Notes under the pieces: generated by a model
What the model saw: the letters and a program-made list of their open reading frames with translations, nothing else
Told to the model about the DNA's origin: nothing
Database searches by the model: none
Source of the DNA: Candidatus Latescibacterota bacterium
Lineage (GTDB): Bacteria; Latescibacterota; UBA2968; UBA8231
Assembly: GCA_965221775.1 (NCBI GenBank)
Contig: CBDCSU010000006.1
Location: 2,496,001 to 2,560,000, forward strand
Reading direction: 5' to 3'
DNA: 64,000 nucleotides
Made by a program: the position numbers and the translations under genes
Part shown: piece by piece, positions 17,494 through 26,638 of the stretch
Numbering within the stretch: the stretch's first letter is position 1
How the letters are laid out: each line of letters opens with the position of its first letter

Positions 17494-19845
17494 ATGCCCA
17501 GCCTTCCTTCCGGCGCCGCTGCGGCGCTGATCGCCTTCCTCCTCACAGCTGCCACCGTCCCTGCGGAGACGCTGCGCGGCACCGTCCTCGACGCGTCCAC
17601 CGGCGATCCCCTGCCGGGCGCCCATCTGACCCACGGAGACCTGGTCGTAACCGCCGACGGCGCCGGCCGCTTCGAACTCTCCCTGGCCGCGGGTGACTCC
17701 GCGATTGTCAGCCACATCGGCTACGAGCCCGCCGTCCTACGCGCACGCCCGGGGGCGGAGCGGCCCCTCATCGTACGGCTTCGTCCGGTGGCCCTGCCGG
17801 TGCCGGTGACCGTGGTCACGGGCGGACTGATCGAGCAGACACTGGCGGAGGCGGCCTCCTCGGTGACCGTCCTCGACCGGGGACGCCTGCAAGGAGCCGA
17901 GGGCCACCACTTCCAGGATCTCACCCAGGCCGTGCCCAACCTCAACTGGGCCGGCGGCACGTCCCGGCCCCGGTATTTCCAGATCCGGGGGATGGGGGAG
18001 AACAGCCACTTCGTCGGCGAGAAGCCGCCCAACTACCTGGTCGGCTTCGTCCTCGACGGCGTGGACCTGAGCGGCCTGGGCACGGCTGGCGTGCTCTTCG
18101 ACCTGGACCGGGTCGAGGTCTTCAAGGGCCCCCAGTCGACGATCTTCGGACCCAACGCCATGGCCGGCCTGATCAGCATGGAGTCGACCGACCCGCTGCC
18201 GTTCTCCAGCCACGGGGTCACCATGTCCCGGGGCGACGACGACCTGTTGCAGGCCGCCGCCACCGTCAACGTGCCGCTGAGTGAGAGACTGGCGGTCCGC
18301 GCCGGCTACCACGAAGCCAGGTCCAATGGCTTCAGGAGCAATCTGTTCCTGGATCGAGAGGACTCCAACCGCCGATGGGAGAGGTTCGCCCGTGCCAAAG
18401 TGCGCTACACTCTCGACAACGGTCTGCGGCTGTTGGGCACCTTGTTTCGCGCCAACCTGGACAATGGCTACGATGCCTGGGCCCACGACAACAACGAGGA
18501 GCTGATCACCCATTCCGACAATCCGGGCAAGGATCACCAGGAGACCACCGCCTTCTCCCTCAAGGCCGAGGCCCCCCTCGGCGGTCTGGACCTGGTCTCG
18601 ATCACGGCCTGGTCGAAGACCGAACTGGAGTACAGCTTCGACGGCGACTGGGGGAATGACGAAGAGTACTGGCGCGGGGAACCGTACAACCTCGATCCCG
18701 AGCGCGACGGATGGACCAACGACTTCTTCGACCGGACCCTCCGGGAGCGCACGACCTTCACCCAGGAACTGCGCCTGCTGAAGAGCGATCTGGCCGGCCA
18801 TGGAGAGGCGGTTGCGGGGGCCTTCCTCAAGGCCCTCGAAGAGTCGGACGATGCCACGAGCTGGGTCTTCGGCAGCTCTGTCCCCATCGACCACGACAGC
18901 ACCTTCGAAGTGGACAACCTGGCCTTCTATGGTCAGTACAGCCGCGGTCTGGGCGATGCCGTGAAGCTGGCCTTCAATCTTCGTCTGGACCGCAATTCGA
19001 CCTCCTATCAGGGGGCCACGGCGGACGAGGACGACGTGAGCTTCGACGTGGGCCAGTGGCTCGGCGGCGGCAAGCTCGCCCTGACCTGGCGGCTTGCTTC
19101 TGATGCGACCATCTACGGTGCTGTCTCGCGGGGCTACCGGGCCGGCGGCGTGAATCAGAACCCGCGCCTGGGCGATCGCGACCGGCCCTTCGATCCGGAG
19201 TACGTGACCAACCTCGAGACGGGCCTTCGCATGGGGGGGACGGCGCTGACGCTCTTCCACACCCTGCGCTTCGACCAGCAGGTCAGCCTCTCCAGGCAGC
19301 AGAACCCCGACGACCCCAACAGCTTCTCCTTCTTCATCGACAATGCCTCCAAGGGGCGCAGCAGCGGCATCGAGCTGGAGCAGAGCTACCGGCCGCTGCC
19401 CGGAGCGCGTCTGTTCGGCTCGCTGGGATACCTGAAGACCCACGTCGATCCATATACGTTCGAGACCGACAAGGGACCCGAGACGCGAGGCGATCGGGCC
19501 GCGGCCCACGCGCCGGAGTACACCTTCAGCCTGGGGAGCGAGTATCGCCATCGGTCGGGCCTGGGCGGGCGCTGGGAGGTGGCGGGCATGGACGAGTTCT
19601 TCTTCTCGGACAGCCACAACCAGGTCTCGGAGCCCTACCGATTGATCAACGGCCACATCTCCTACCGCCGGGGTACCTGGTCCTTGCAGCTGTGGGGCCG
19701 CAACCTTCTCGATCAACGCTACGCGGTGAGGGGATTCTATTTCCGTCTCGAGCCGCCCGACTACGAGAAGAAGCTCTACAAGAGCTACGGGGACCCGCGC
19801 CAGATCGGCCTGCGGCTGACGGCGCGCATGCCGGCGGGGGACTGA
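17494..19845 (+). CDS. TonB-dependent receptor, probable thiamine uptake
   Basis: Signal peptide; PNLNWAGGTSRPRYFQIRG, VEVFKGPQSTIFGPNAMAGLI, SRGYRAGG, WGRNLLD, GDPRQIG; TPP riboswitch upstream. Confidence 0.9.
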   Translation: MPSLPSGAAAALIAFLLTAATVPAETLRGTVLDASTGDPLPGAHLTHGDLVVTADGAGRFELSLAAGDSAIVSHIGYEPAVLRARPGAERPLIVRLRPVALPVPVTVVTGGLIEQTLAEAASSVTVLDRGRLQGAEGHHFQDLTQAVPNLNWAGGTSRPRYFQIRGMGENSHFVGEKPPNYLVGFVLDGVDLSGLGTAGVLFDLDRVEVFKGPQSTIFGPNAMAGLISMESTDPLPFSSHGVTMSRGDDDLLQAAATVNVPLSERLAVRAGYHEARSNGFRSNLFLDREDSNRRWERFARAKVRYTLDNGLRLLGTLFRANLDNGYDAWAHDNNEELITHSDNPGKDHQETTAFSLKAEAPLGGLDLVSITAWSKTELEYSFDGDWGNDEEYWRGEPYNLDPERDGWTNDFFDRTLRERTTFTQELRLLKSDLAGHGEAVAGAFLKALEESDDATSWVFGSSVPIDHDSTFEVDNLAFYGQYSRGLGDAVKLAFNLRLDRNSTSYQGATADEDDVSFDVGQWLGGGKLALTWRLASDATIYGAVSRGYRAGGVNQNPRLGDRDRPFDPEYVTNLETGLRMGGTALTLFHTLRFDQQVSLSRQQNPDDPNSFSFFIDNASKGRSSGIELEQSYRPLPGARLFGSLGYLKTHVDPYTFETDKGPETRGDRAAAHAPEYTFSLGSEYRHRSGLGGRWEVAGMDEFFFSDSHNQVSEPYRLINGHISYRRGTWSLQLWGRNLLDQRYAVRGFYFRLEPPDYEKKLYKSYGDPRQIGLRLTARMPAGD

Positions 19846-19849
19846 AGCC

Positions 19850-20512
19850 GTGGGCCTCTCGGCGCTCATCGTCGGCAACGGCGAGCCTCCCTCCCGGGAG
19901 CTGTTCGCCGCCCGCGCCCGCGAGGCCGACATGGTCCTGTGCGCCGACGGCGGCGCCGACACCGCCCGCCGCCTCGGGCGCGCCCCCGACTACATCGCCG
20001 GCGACCTCGACTCGGTGAGCGGCGCGGGGATGGCCGCCGTCGCCGGGGACCGCCTCGTCCGCGTCGACGCCGACGACACGGGCACGGACATGCAGAAAGT
20101 CCTGCGGCTGGCCCTGGATCTGAGGGTGGAGCGGGCGGATCTGCTGGGCTTCACCGGGCGGCGCACCGACCACACCCTGTGGAACCTGAGCCTGCTTAGG
20201 AGCTTCGGCGACCGGCTGGACCTGCGCCTGATCGACGACTACTGCGAGATTCGCCTGATCCGCGGCCGCGTGCGCTTCCGCGCCGACCTGGGGCAGAAGC
20301 TCTCCCTGTGTCCGCTCGACGGACCGGCCGACGGCATCGAGACCGAGGGCCTGCGGTGGCCCCTGCGGGGGGAGAGCCTCGTCCCGGGCCGCCGCGACGG
20401 CATCTCGAACGAGGTCACCGCCAGCCCGGTGGAGATCCGGGTGGGGCGCGGCGACCTGCTGCTGTGCGTGCAGCGGCAGAGCGTCTCGGGGCGGATCGAG
20501 GTGCTGGACTAG
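19850..20512 (+). CDS. thiN: Thiamine pyrophosphokinase
   Basis: LCADGGA, IAGDLDS, TDMQK, GRRTDHTLWNL, GLRWPL, GISNE. Confidence 0.92.
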   Translation: MGLSALIVGNGEPPSRELFAARAREADMVLCADGGADTARRLGRAPDYIAGDLDSVSGAGMAAVAGDRLVRVDADDTGTDMQKVLRLALDLRVERADLLGFTGRRTDHTLWNLSLLRSFGDRLDLRLIDDYCEIRLIRGRVRFRADLGQKLSLCPLDGPADGIETEGLRWPLRGESLVPGRRDGISNEVTASPVEIRVGRGDLLLCVQRQSVSGRIEVLD

Positions 20513-20525
20513 CGGACCGGGTGGG

Positions 20526-21470
20526 TCAGGCGGAGCAGCGGGCCCCGCCGAGGACGCAGAACTTGGCGCAGTGGGGGTGGTTGAGCTTCACCGGCCCCCA
20601 GGCCTCGGCCAGGGTCGCGCCCATCTCGAAGGCCTCGTCGTAGGGCAGGAGGGTGCAGGAGAGGACGACGGGGGCTTCCGCGCCCTTGCGCTTGACCACC
20701 ATGCGCGACGAGGCGCACATGACGTCGTCGGGGGACTGGCCGAGGATCTCCCAGCAGCCGCTGGTGATCTCCGGCACGTCGACGGACTCGTCCATCTCCG
20801 GGAAGAGCACCAGCCGGGCGGGGTCGGCGGCGTCGATGATGACCCCGAGGCCGGCGAAGAGGCGGCCGAAGCCGGCGCGCAGCTCGTCTTCCCCGCCGCC
20901 CCAGAGGGTGCGTCCGGCGGCGGTCAGGTTGAAGCCGGAGTCCGAGAGCCAGCGCAGGCCCTCGACCATCGGCGCCCAGGAGCGCGGCCCCCGCTCCTCT
21001 TCGTGCAGGACCGGGTCGTAGTGGTCGATGGAGACGCGGATCGCCAGCCGGTCGCCGTAGGCGTCTCGCAGCCTCAGCAGTTCCTCGCCGCACTTCATCA
21101 TCGGCCGCATGGCGTTGGTCAGCACCAGGCACTCGAAGCCGCGCTCCAGGACCTCCCCGAGCATGTCGAGGATGTCGGGGTTCATGAACGGCTCGCCGCC
21201 GGTGAAGCCGATCTCGCGCGTGCCCAGTCCGCCGCGCTCGATCTCGTCGAGGAAGGCGGAGACCTCCGCCGCCGTGAGGTAGGCGAGGCGGTCGTTGCGC
21301 GGACTCGACTCGATGTAGCAGTTGGCGCAGGTGAGGTTGCAGAGGGTGCCGGTGTTGAACCAGAGGGTGTCGAGGCGGTTCAGGGCCACCCGGGCCCGCT
21401 CCTCGCCGCCGGCGGTGATGTCGGGATCGCGGAACTTGCGCGCGTCCAGCCGGGCCGGGGCCAGGGTCAT
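20526..21470 (-). CDS. Radical SAM protein of unknown function
   Basis: CNLTCANC motif, FTGGEPF, LTNA; extra C-terminal cysteines (MCASSR, SCTLL, HPHCAKFCVLGGARC). Confidence 0.88.
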   Translation of the reverse strand: MTLAPARLDARKFRDPDITAGGEERARVALNRLDTLWFNTGTLCNLTCANCYIESSPRNDRLAYLTAAEVSAFLDEIERGGLGTREIGFTGGEPFMNPDILDMLGEVLERGFECLVLTNAMRPMMKCGEELLRLRDAYGDRLAIRVSIDHYDPVLHEEERGPRSWAPMVEGLRWLSDSGFNLTAAGRTLWGGGEDELRAGFGRLFAGLGVIIDAADPARLVLFPEMDESVDVPEITSGCWEILGQSPDDVMCASSRMVVKRKGAEAPVVLSCTLLPYDEAFEMGATLAEAWGPVKLNHPHCAKFCVLGGARCSA

Positions 21471-21485
21471 GGCGAGGCCCTTCTC

Positions 21486-22271
21486 TCAGGCACCGTCCAC
21501 GGCCTTGCGCAGGGCATCGCCGTTGGTCTTCCACCACTCGAAGAGGATGGAGACGTCGGTGCCGATGCAGAAGTGGCGGACCCCCAGGTCGAGGTAGTAC
21601 TTGGCCCCGTCGGCGTGGCCGATCTCGGCGCGCGGGTGCACGCCGGCGGCCAGGCAGGCCTCGATGACGCGCTTCTCCACCGCCTTGATCTCCGGCGAGC
21701 CGCCCTGGCCGGCCTTGCCGACGCTCATGGAGTAGTCGGACGGCCCCCACTGCACCATGTCGATGGGCAGCTCCAGGATCTGCTCCAGGCTCTCCACGGC
21801 GCCCTTCTTCTCGATCATCAGGACGACGACGATGTCGCGCAGGGTCTGCACGTAGTCCAGGGAGCCGCCGTAGCTGGCGTGGGCGAACCGCCGCGAGGCG
21901 ACGCCGTAGGTGCCGCCGTCCTCCGGGGTGTCGGGGCGGGCGATGCGCAGGCACTCGCGGGCGTCCTCGACGCCGCGGCTGTCGGAGAACAGGACCGACT
22001 CGAAGCCCGAGCCGATGGCGCGCTGGGCGATCCACGAGCGCGGCTCCTGCTCGACCTTGATCATCGTGCCGAGATCGTGGAGCTCGGCGGCGCGGCAGAT
22101 GTCGTCGAAGGCGTAGAGGTCGTAGGGTCCGTACTCGGCGACGAACTCGACGTAGTCGTAAATGCCGGTCTGGCCCAGGATCTCGACGACGTTGGGCCAG
22201 GTGGTGTGCACGTGGGTGCCGAGGGTCGGCTTCCCGTCGTTGAGCAATTGGCGGAGCTTGTTCGGTTGGAT
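21486..22271 (-). CDS. HpcH/HpaI aldolase family protein (apparent ATC start)
   Basis: PNKLRQLLNDGKPTLGTH, YDYVEFVAEY, VLMIEKKGAV, DMVQWGPSDYSMS, FCIGTD; GGAGG 5 nt before ATC. Confidence 0.82.
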   Translation of the reverse strand: MQPNKLRQLLNDGKPTLGTHVHTTWPNVVEILGQTGIYDYVEFVAEYGPYDLYAFDDICRAAELHDLGTMIKVEQEPRSWIAQRAIGSGFESVLFSDSRGVEDARECLRIARPDTPEDGGTYGVASRRFAHASYGGSLDYVQTLRDIVVVLMIEKKGAVESLEQILELPIDMVQWGPSDYSMSVGKAGQGGSPEIKAVEKRVIEACLAAGVHPRAEIGHADGAKYYLDLGVRHFCIGTDVSILFEWWKTNGDALRKAVDGA

Positions 22272-22282
22272 GGTGGCCTCCT

Positions 22283-23347
22283 TCAGACCGTGCGAAGCAT
22301 TCTGATGCACACCGGGGAAGGGGTCTCGACGCTCTCCCCCGTGTCCTCGAGCCGGCCCGATACGTCGACGCGGAGCCTGGCGATGCGGTCCGTGTGGTGT
22401 CCACCCGAGTAGAGCCAGCGTCCCGAGGGATCGATGGCGAAGTTGCGCGGCGCCGACGGCACCGGCGTGTGGCCGAGGAGGGTGAGCTGTCCGCTGCCGG
22501 CGTCGACGGCGAAGGCGGCGATCGAGTCGTGGCCGCGGTTGGAGCCGTAGAGGAAGCGGCCGTCGGAAGACAGGTGGATGTCGGAGGTGTGCGTCGTCTC
22601 GGCGTAGCCGGCGGGGAGGGTGGTCACCTCCTCGACCTCGATCAGGGAGCCGCCGTCGTCGCCGCGGGCGAAGAGGGTGATCGTGTTGGACATCTCGTTG
22701 ATGACGTAGGCGAAGCGCCGGTTGGGATGGAAGGTCATGTGCCGGGGACCGCCGCCGGGGGTCACCTTGCCCGAGCCGCGGGGGACCAGGCGGCCATTCT
22801 CCAGGTCGAGGGCGTAGACCAGGACCTCGTCGAGGCCGAGGTCGGCGCAGAAGGCGAAGCCGTTGTCGGGATCGACGTTGATCGAGTGGGCGTGCGGCCC
22901 CTGCTGGCGCCCCGGGTCGACGCTCGAGCCCTCGTGCTGATGGAAGTCGGAGATCTCCCCCAGGCTGCCGTCGTCCCGCAAAGGGTGCATGGAGACGCTG
23001 CCGCCGCCGTAGTTGGCGCTGAGGACGTAGCGGCCGCTGTGGTCGACGCTGTTGTGGCACGGCGCCGAGCCGCCCGTGGGCTGCAGGTTGAGGAAGGTGA
23101 GAGCGCCGGAGTCAGCGTCGATGGAGAAGGCGCTCACGGCGCCGCCGCCGTCGAAGTGGGCGACCTCGTTCACGGCGTAGAGGTAGCGGCCGCTCGGGTG
23201 CAGGGCGAGGAAGGAGGGGTTGTCCTCGCACGGGGTGCGGCCGTGGATGCGCAGGGCCCCCGAGTCGGGGTCGGCCTCGCCGTAGTAGATGGCGGCGTCG
23301 TCGCCGCTGGTGTAGTTGCCGATGAAGACGAGAGCCCGGTCAGCCAT
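22283..23347 (-). CDS. pgl: 6-phosphogluconolactonase (cycloisomerase-2 family lactonase)
   Basis: NPSFLA, LYAVNE, APCH, ANYGGGSV, PHAHS, ADLGLD, GPRH, GSNRGHDSI, PRNF. Confidence 0.9.
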   Translation of the reverse strand: MADRALVFIGNYTSGDDAAIYYGEADPDSGALRIHGRTPCEDNPSFLALHPSGRYLYAVNEVAHFDGGGAVSAFSIDADSGALTFLNLQPTGGSAPCHNSVDHSGRYVLSANYGGGSVSMHPLRDDGSLGEISDFHQHEGSSVDPGRQQGPHAHSINVDPDNGFAFCADLGLDEVLVYALDLENGRLVPRGSGKVTPGGGPRHMTFHPNRRFAYVINEMSNTITLFARGDDGGSLIEVEEVTTLPAGYAETTHTSDIHLSSDGRFLYGSNRGHDSIAAFAVDAGSGQLTLLGHTPVPSAPRNFAIDPSGRWLYSGGHHTDRIARLRVDVSGRLEDTGESVETPSPVCIRMLRTV

Positions 23348-23481
23348 GTGCGGTCACGCGCTCCGGGTGGAGGTCCGTTGCCGTCGTAGAGGGGGAACGG
23401 CGCAAGGTACGCACCACCCCCGGTGGCGACAAGAATCCGGCGCCGGGGGTCAGGAGCCGCGGTTCGGCCTCGGATCGCGGC

Positions 23482-24528
23482 TCAGATCACCTCCCGAGCG
23501 TCCGCGCCGGGCAGCTCGGGCAGGGGTGCCGAGGGCAGCGTCTGGTACCAGTAGACGACGGAGGAGATGTCGTCCTGCAGCGCCAGGTAGCGGCCCTCCG
23601 AGCGCCAGCCGAGGGCCTGCATGTGGACCCGCAGGCCGCTCTTGAAGAACACGGGGTCGTGGACGTGGAAGCGGTACAAGGTCATGCGGCAGCCCGGCTC
23701 GCCGGAGGTCTTCACCACCTGCCGGAAGCCGGCGTACGGTCCCGAGAAGTCGCGGCGGTCGAAGCCCCAGGCGCCGCAGAAGTAGTCCTCGGTGCCGGTG
23801 CCGCAGATCGTCGGGTCCTCGCCGTCGCCGTCGAGGAACATCTTGATCTCCCCCTCGCCCCACCAGCCGGCGCTGTTCTGCTGCCAGGCCATGAAGGTGC
23901 CCACGTACTGGCCGCGGCCTCGGATGCCGTCGGCCATGACGTACTCCTGCGCGTAGGGCAGCGGGTTGGTCCGCCGCCACTGGGCGCAGAAGGCGAGGGC
24001 CTCTTCCGGCACCTCCTCCAGCGTGTAGTTGATCGTGTAGAAGAACCCGGGCAGCTCGTTGACGCCGTCGTTCTCCACGGTGATGCGGGCGTGGCGGCGG
24101 AAGGGCATGGGGAAGTAGACGTTCATGCCGCCGTGGGGGTTGACGTTGACCGGCGCGCCGAGCACGTCCTGGCGCTCGTTCCAGGCGTTGCAGCCGAAGT
24201 CGCCGAGGGGCGCTTCCACCGAGGGGTGGTCCTGCCCGTCCCAGTAGATGCGCAGGATGACGGAGCGGTAGAAGGTGTGGCGGAAGGTGAACCATATGTG
24301 GCGGATGACGCCGGGTCCCTCGTGGTCCATCAGGGTGGTCGTGCTGCCGGGGGCCAGCTTCAGGCACGGCCGCACCTTCCAGCCCTTGCCGAGGTCCCGC
24401 GCGGCGCTGTCCGGTCCGGGCTCGGCGCGGGCGCCGCCGCCGACGGCGCCGTCGGGGTTCTCGGCGCTCAGGGAGCGCGACTCGGCGCGCCGGTCGAGGT
24501 AGAGGTTACCCAAGTCGATGGGGAGCAT
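23482..24528 (-). CDS. DUF2961 (GH172-like) glycoside hydrolase
   Basis: SRSLSAENPDG, GPGVIRHIW, PSVEAPLGDF, WWGEGEIKMFLDGD, GTGTEDYF, YRFHVHDP, DDISSVVYWYQ. Confidence 0.88.
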   Translation of the reverse strand: MLPIDLGNLYLDRRAESRSLSAENPDGAVGGGARAEPGPDSAARDLGKGWKVRPCLKLAPGSTTTLMDHEGPGVIRHIWFTFRHTFYRSVILRIYWDGQDHPSVEAPLGDFGCNAWNERQDVLGAPVNVNPHGGMNVYFPMPFRRHARITVENDGVNELPGFFYTINYTLEEVPEEALAFCAQWRRTNPLPYAQEYVMADGIRGRGQYVGTFMAWQQNSAGWWGEGEIKMFLDGDGEDPTICGTGTEDYFCGAWGFDRRDFSGPYAGFRQVVKTSGEPGCRMTLYRFHVHDPVFFKSGLRVHMQALGWRSEGRYLALQDDISSVVYWYQTLPSAPLPELPGADAREVI

Positions 24529-24539
24529 GACGCCCTTTC

Positions 24540-25835
24540 TCAGGAAAAGCGGTCGGGGTCGAGGAGGCTCAGGTCGTGGCCGGCCTCCTCGCCGGCCACC
24601 AGCCGCGACACGATGCGCCCGGTCACCGGCCCCAGGGAGAGGCCGATCATGGCGTGCCCCGCGGCGACCACGACGTTGCGCCAGCGCCGCGGCCGGCCGA
24701 GGAGGGCCATGCCGTCGGGGGTGCACGGCCGCAGCCCGCGCCAGACCTCGTGGACGCGGAAGCTCGAAGGGTCCCAGTGGGGGACGTAGCGCGGCACGCC
24801 GCGCATGATGGCGTCGACGCGCCGCTGGTTGATCGACAGGTCCATGCCGGCCAGCTCGAGGGTGCCGGCGAAGCGCAGGCGGTTCCGGCCCATGGGCGTC
24901 ATCGCCACCCGGGCCTCGGTCAGCATGAGGGGCAGCTCCGGCGTGCCCTCCGGCGACTCGACGGTGACCGAGTACCCCTTGGCCGGCTGGATCGGCGCCT
25001 CCACCCCGAGGCCGCGGGCCAGCTCCGGGCTCCAGGAGCCGGCGGCCAGGACCAGCTGCCGGGGGCGGAAGGCGCCGCGCGTCGTCTCCACCGCCTCGAC
25101 GGTGTCGCCCCGGGTCAGCAGCCGCAGCACCTCGGCCCCCTCGACGACGTCCACCCCCTCCTCGGCGGCGCGGCCGGCGAGGCCGCGCACGAAACGCCCG
25201 GGATCCATGTGGGAGTCCTGGGAGTAGAACACGCCGCCCACGCAGCGGACCTCGAAGCCGCCCAGCCGCGCGCCGGCCTCGGCGGCGTCCACGCTCTCCA
25301 CCTCGATGCCGGCGGCGCCCATGTGGCGGGCCTCCTCCTCGGCGGCGGCGAGCCCTTCCGGGGTGTCGCACAGCATGAGCCGGCCGATCTCGCCGTAGCT
25401 GAAGTCGAGGCCGCTGTCGGCGATCTCCCGGAAGAGGCCGCGGCTCTCGAGGTGGAGGTCGCGCAGCACGGGGACCGCCCGGTCAACGCGGGCCTGGGTG
25501 GCGGCGCGGCGGAAGCGCCACAGCCAGCGCAGCAGGTCGCCGTCGAGGCGCGGCTTGATGTAGAAGGGGCTGTCGGGGCTCATCAGGTAGCGCAGCCCGG
25601 CGCGCAGGGCCGCCGGCTCGGCCAGGGGCACGCTGTGGCTGGGCACCACGAGGCCGGCGTTGCCGTGGGAGCTGCCCGAGCAGACGGCGTCCTTGTCGAG
25701 GAGGACGACCTCGGCCCCGGCCCGGCGCAGGAACCAGGCGCTGCAGACGCCGACGGAGCCGGCGCCGACGACGAGGACGTCGACCTCGCGGGGCCGGCCG
25801 AAGGCGGGGGCGGGAGAGGGGGTGCTCGCGCTCAT
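24540..25835 (-). CDS. FAD-dependent D-amino acid dehydrogenase (DadA-like)
   Basis: VVGAGSVG, SSHGNAG, VLAAGSWS, PAKGYS, WRGLRPCTPDG, GHAMIGLSLGPVTG. Confidence 0.88.
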   Translation of the reverse strand: MSASTPSPAPAFGRPREVDVLVVGAGSVGVCSAWFLRRAGAEVVLLDKDAVCSGSSHGNAGLVVPSHSVPLAEPAALRAGLRYLMSPDSPFYIKPRLDGDLLRWLWRFRRAATQARVDRAVPVLRDLHLESRGLFREIADSGLDFSYGEIGRLMLCDTPEGLAAAEEEARHMGAAGIEVESVDAAEAGARLGGFEVRCVGGVFYSQDSHMDPGRFVRGLAGRAAEEGVDVVEGAEVLRLLTRGDTVEAVETTRGAFRPRQLVLAAGSWSPELARGLGVEAPIQPAKGYSVTVESPEGTPELPLMLTEARVAMTPMGRNRLRFAGTLELAGMDLSINQRRVDAIMRGVPRYVPHWDPSSFRVHEVWRGLRPCTPDGMALLGRPRRWRNVVVAAGHAMIGLSLGPVTGRIVSRLVAGEEAGHDLSLLDPDRFS

Positions 25836-26107
25836 CGGCGCCGCAGGCCCCGGGTGAAGACCTTGCCGCCGATGAGGAAGGCCGGGCCGCCGCCGGGGCC
25901 GCGCTCGCGGGCGAAGGTCTGGCCGCACCGGGGGCAGCGCAGGTCGCCGGCGGTGAAATCCTCGGCGATGCGCTCGCGGCGGATCTTCACCAGGCCGCCG
26001 CCGCCCCCCTTGCGGTAGCGCAGCAGCCGCGTCCGGCACCCGGCGCAGAAGACCGAGACCGTGCGGGTGTCGGCGGGCACCCGTGCGCGAGCAGGGGCAG
26101 CGCTCAC
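25832..26107 (-). CDS. Small putative zinc-ribbon protein
   Basis: FCAGCRTRLLRYRKGG...CPRCGQTFAR; overlaps both neighbours by 4 nt. Confidence 0.7.
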   Translation of the reverse strand: MSAAPARARVPADTRTVSVFCAGCRTRLLRYRKGGGGGLVKIRRERIAEDFTAGDLRCPRCGQTFARERGPGGGPAFLIGGKVFTRGLRRR

Positions 26108-26502
26108 GAGGAGTGGACCCCGGCCACGCGGCTGGCGAGCCAGGCCGAGGGCACGAAGACGAGAACGCTGAGCACCATGAACCACAGCGGGTGCGGGACC
26201 ACCGCCAGGTAGGAGATGCAGGCGAGCATCATCACGCCGCCCACGAGCAGAGCGGGAAAGGGCCGGCCGGCGATGCGCGCCGCCACCCAGGCGCCGCAGA
26301 ACGTGCCGAGGGCGTAGGCGAGGAGGACCATGAGCAGGGCGCCCACCGGCATCTGGCCGACGATCTCGGCGAAGGCCTCCCGGTCGGCCGGGTCGAGGCC
26401 CTCCGGCGGCGGGTAGAGCTGGTGGCCGAGGGACTGGAACAGGGCGATGCCGCCGAAGGCGACGGCGATCCCCGCGGCGACGGCGAGAAGAGCACGGATC
26501 AT
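26104..26502 (-). CDS. Small integral membrane protein
   Basis: RBS AGGAGG; 4 hydrophobic segments; YPPPEG and PHPLWF motifs. Confidence 0.78.
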   Translation of the reverse strand: MIRALLAVAAGIAVAFGGIALFQSLGHQLYPPPEGLDPADREAFAEIVGQMPVGALLMVLLAYALGTFCGAWVAARIAGRPFPALLVGGVMMLACISYLAVVPHPLWFMVLSVLVFVPSAWLASRVAGVHSS

Positions 26503-26638
26503 GGGGTGGGTCCTCCTGCAAGGGATGGCCAATCTACCTCGCCGCGCTCCGGCCGGGCAAGGATTCCGGGGGGCCGGTTTCCGGTTGCCTGCGTATCTTG
26601 GTGAAACCCCTTTGCCGCACAGAAAGGCGCAACCCCAA

